Shown here one piece after another: positions 61,173-64,000 of a DNA stretch of 64,000 nucleotides. Positions within the stretch are counted from its first letter, which is position 1, and each line of letters begins with the position of its first letter. The notes beneath the pieces are model-generated. The model made no database searches. It was given only the letters and a program-made list of their open reading frames with translations, and was not told where the DNA came from. A program made the position numbers and the translations under genes. Source of the DNA: the human T2T-CHM13v2.0 reference genome, Homo sapiens; assembly GCF_009914755.1 (NCBI RefSeq), contig NC_060936.1; one strand, written 5' to 3'.

Positions 61173-63254
61173 AAGAGCTGTTTCAAAGAAGACCAGAACA
61201 TTGGGCTTGGGGGCAGGCAGATCTGGGTTTGAGTCTCTGCTCCACTTGCTAGCTGTGTGGGCTTGTGCAATTTCCTAACCTCCCTGAATCTAATAGAGTC
61301 CCTACCTCAAAAGGTTGGTGGGAAAATTAGAGTTGATACACATAACATGCTTAGAAAACTGTCTAGCCCAACTGTCATGTAGTAAATATTGGATTTCCAC
61401 CCCCTTCTATTGAGCATTAAAAAGGCCACATACCTTGTGCAGGAGGTGGGTTTTATGAGGGGGAAAAAGGCCACATTCCCAAATGCAGGCCCTCAATTGT
61501 GTCTTGGGACACGCAGAACTGGCCATCCTGACGTTCTATTTTGTTTTGTGTCACTCCACTGCTCAACAACATTTCATGGCTCCCTATTACAGTGTCTTGA
61601 TTCTGGTCTATCAAAATCCCCCATAACCTGGTTCTTGCCAACCTCATCTTCCAAGATGGAGAAAAACTAAAGGGATGGCACAGCTGGAGAGAAACCTAGG
61701 GGGAGCAGGACCTTCAGAGGTCAGCTGAAATGTCACTTTCTCCCAACCTCTCATGGCACCCTGACCTCCACCACAGCACCATCCTCAATCGTAATGCCAT
61801 GATGATGTGTGCAAAGTATATTTCCTCCCTCCACACCTAAAGCTCCAGGGGGACAGGGACTGGGGACAGGGATTGGGCCAGGGACGAAGAAGCTGCTCAA
61901 TACATGTATATGTTAAATGAATGAATAAATGGATGGCCAAAGTCAGCAACCAACTCAGGCCAGCTGGGCCAAGGACACAGGGGAGCCTTCCTGAAGTCTG
62001 AGTTCTAGTTCTTAGCCACAGAGAGGACTGCAGTTACCAAGACAGGGAAGTTGAGCATTGAGCTGTCACCAGACACGTGCTATGCCCCCAGACAAATATT
62101 TTATTGGAAACAGGATTCAAGTCTGTGCAGTGTGTTTCAGGAACTGTGAGAGTTACTTCTGTCCTATAGACCAGGCTCAGAGAAGGAGGGGGAAGGAGGA
62201 GGGAGTTTCTTAAGGACTTGGAGACTGAGGTGGAAAGACAGACAATTGTGAAGTTGAGGTTTTGGAACTGAGAAAGAGAAACAGAAGGAAAAAACTGGCA
62301 GCCTAGTCTGTTCTGTCCATTAGATGAGCATCCAGGCCCCCAGACTTTTGTCCAAGCTGGAAAGGGTTAACAGCACTGAAGGGTTAATGGCCCTCAGTGA
62401 GGATGGGAGTCAGGAGGCCCCACCTCTAAGGCCAGCAGAGGGGTTTTCTCTGATGGGGGAGGGCAAGGCCCACTGCTCTCTGGTGAGCCCTGGGGACCCC
62501 ACCTACCCAGCCCCTTCTGAAAAAGGTAGTTTTCCACTCTGGGGGTGGTGGGACCACCCTGGATGCCTGGGAGGGGTCGGAGGGCTGGGCAAGGTTGCTC
62601 TAGAGCATTTTTCCTGGACCCCAGACTGGGATGGGAGGAGCTCGGAGCTGATGAGACCTGTGGCTGTTCCCCAACACTCAGGTGACGTCCAACTGCACAT
62701 AGCTTCGTTCTGCGAAAGCTTCCATTTTGGGGGGTGAGAGACATGCAGTGGGGAGAGACATGGGGAATGGAGGCCCAGAGAAGTTTAGTGACTGCCCAAA
62801 GCCACACCGCAAGTCTTGAGCAGCTGATCTAATCTCCCAACTCCCAGAGAACTCCACCAGCCCCCATTTCACACACACAGACACAGGGGCTTCTGGTGGC
62901 CTCACCCCTGGCCATCCCCCTAGCTGCATGGCCTACCTCTTCCCCTCCTACTCTGAACCTATCATGCAATTTAAAGACTCCACACCTTTGTTAGAACTGC
63001 CCCTTTGGCCAGAAATACCCTCTTGCTACCATGTGCCCAGCCACCAAGTAACCTCCTGGTCATCTTTCAAAATCTAGCTCAGATGTCCTGTCCTCCAGGC
63101 AGCCTTCCAGGATTGTTTCTTCTCTTCCCATCTACCTGATCATCCTTCTGCCAAGCATATCTGTACTTGGCCAACACATTCATGCTTTCTCAAATCACAC
63201 TGCTTTTTCGTTTCACCATGTGTGCATCTGTCTCTGCCCCCTGGACTGCCACCG

Positions 63255-63333
63255 CCCACCAGGTCTCTCCCCCAACATTGGGAATTGCAATTCAACATGA
63301 GATTTGAGTGGGACACAGAGCCAAACCATATCA
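63255..63333 (-). mobile_element. MST/THE1 LTR 5' fragment
   Basis: caacattgggaattgcaattcaacatgagatttgagtgggacacagagccaaaccatatca. Confidence 0.75.
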
Positions 63334-63684
63334 AAATCCTTAGACCCAAGTCCTGGGGCACCTCCACAGCCACCAGTCTCTGGCTTTCTTTTTAAAGGAC
63401 CCCTTTTTCCCAGAAGAATCCATATGGAGCCCCAAAATACAAGGCGTACAGAAATGGACCTGCTTAGTTAAGGAAGACAGGGACAGTGGAGCCACTTCTT
63501 TCGACATGCTGGGTCCCCTGGGGTCATCCCAGGCTTCATCTGAGCACAGCTCAAAGTCTCCCAATTAATCCGACACCCGCTCTTCCCACCACCACCTGGG
63601 GTGTGGGGAAGACTTTTCATTTTTACATAATTTCAAACTTACAAAAAAGTGGCAAGAATAGTACAAGAAACTCCATTATAGGGA

Positions 63685-64000
63685 GTTTATATTTATTAAA
63701 ATATATTTATTAAAGTATTTAAAATAATATTTTATTTATTAAAGTATTTTAAATAAATATTTTATGTAGTAGAATATTTTAAATAAATATTTTATTTAAT
63801 AAACTATTTTAAATTTATATTTATTAAAATATTTTAAATTTATATTCATTTATTAAAATATAAATAATTGGCAACTGAGGGTAAATATAAACTTAAGAAC
63901 TTCTTGTAAAATATATATTTTGTAAATTATATATTTTGTAAATATATATTTTGTAAATTATATATTTTGTAAATTATATATTTTGTAAATATATATTTTG
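63685..64000. repeat. AT-rich tract ending in a 15-16-bp tandem repeat (tgtaaa[t]tatatattt) that runs off the window
   Basis: About six units visible from ~63905. Confidence 0.85.

Overview
Human (primate) genomic DNA containing the whole CMKLR1 gene (chemerin receptor 1 / ChemR23, a class A GPCR) on the minus strand, about 4266-55540. Four exons are inferred from splice signals and my recollection of the mRNA: exon 1 (~55225-55540, GC-rich promoter), exon 2 (46212-46424, an antisense-exonised MLT1 LTR), exon 3 (9811-9886, ending in the isoform-a ATG) and exon 4 (CDS 8063-9181 plus a ~3.8 kb 3'UTR ending at an AATAAA at 4281-4286). The rest is intronic or flanking DNA full of Alu, MIR, L2, L1M, MaLR/ERVL LTRs, DNA transposons and simple repeats. 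No other protein-coding gene is supported. The most unusual structure is a ~600-bp inverted duplication in intron 2 (36229-36830 vs 38233-38839). It was copied into an MST LTR with a 31-bp flanking duplication, and its core is homogenised, so it is a candidate recurrent-inversion locus and long pre-mRNA hairpin. Other points of interest are a splice-dependent uORF and start-codon arrangement in the 5'UTR, a pair of RFX X-boxes, and an MLT2A LTR with a perfect DUX4 motif nested in an Alu. Repeat subfamily names and boundaries were assigned by eye and are approximate. I found no evidence for a wholly new gene system.
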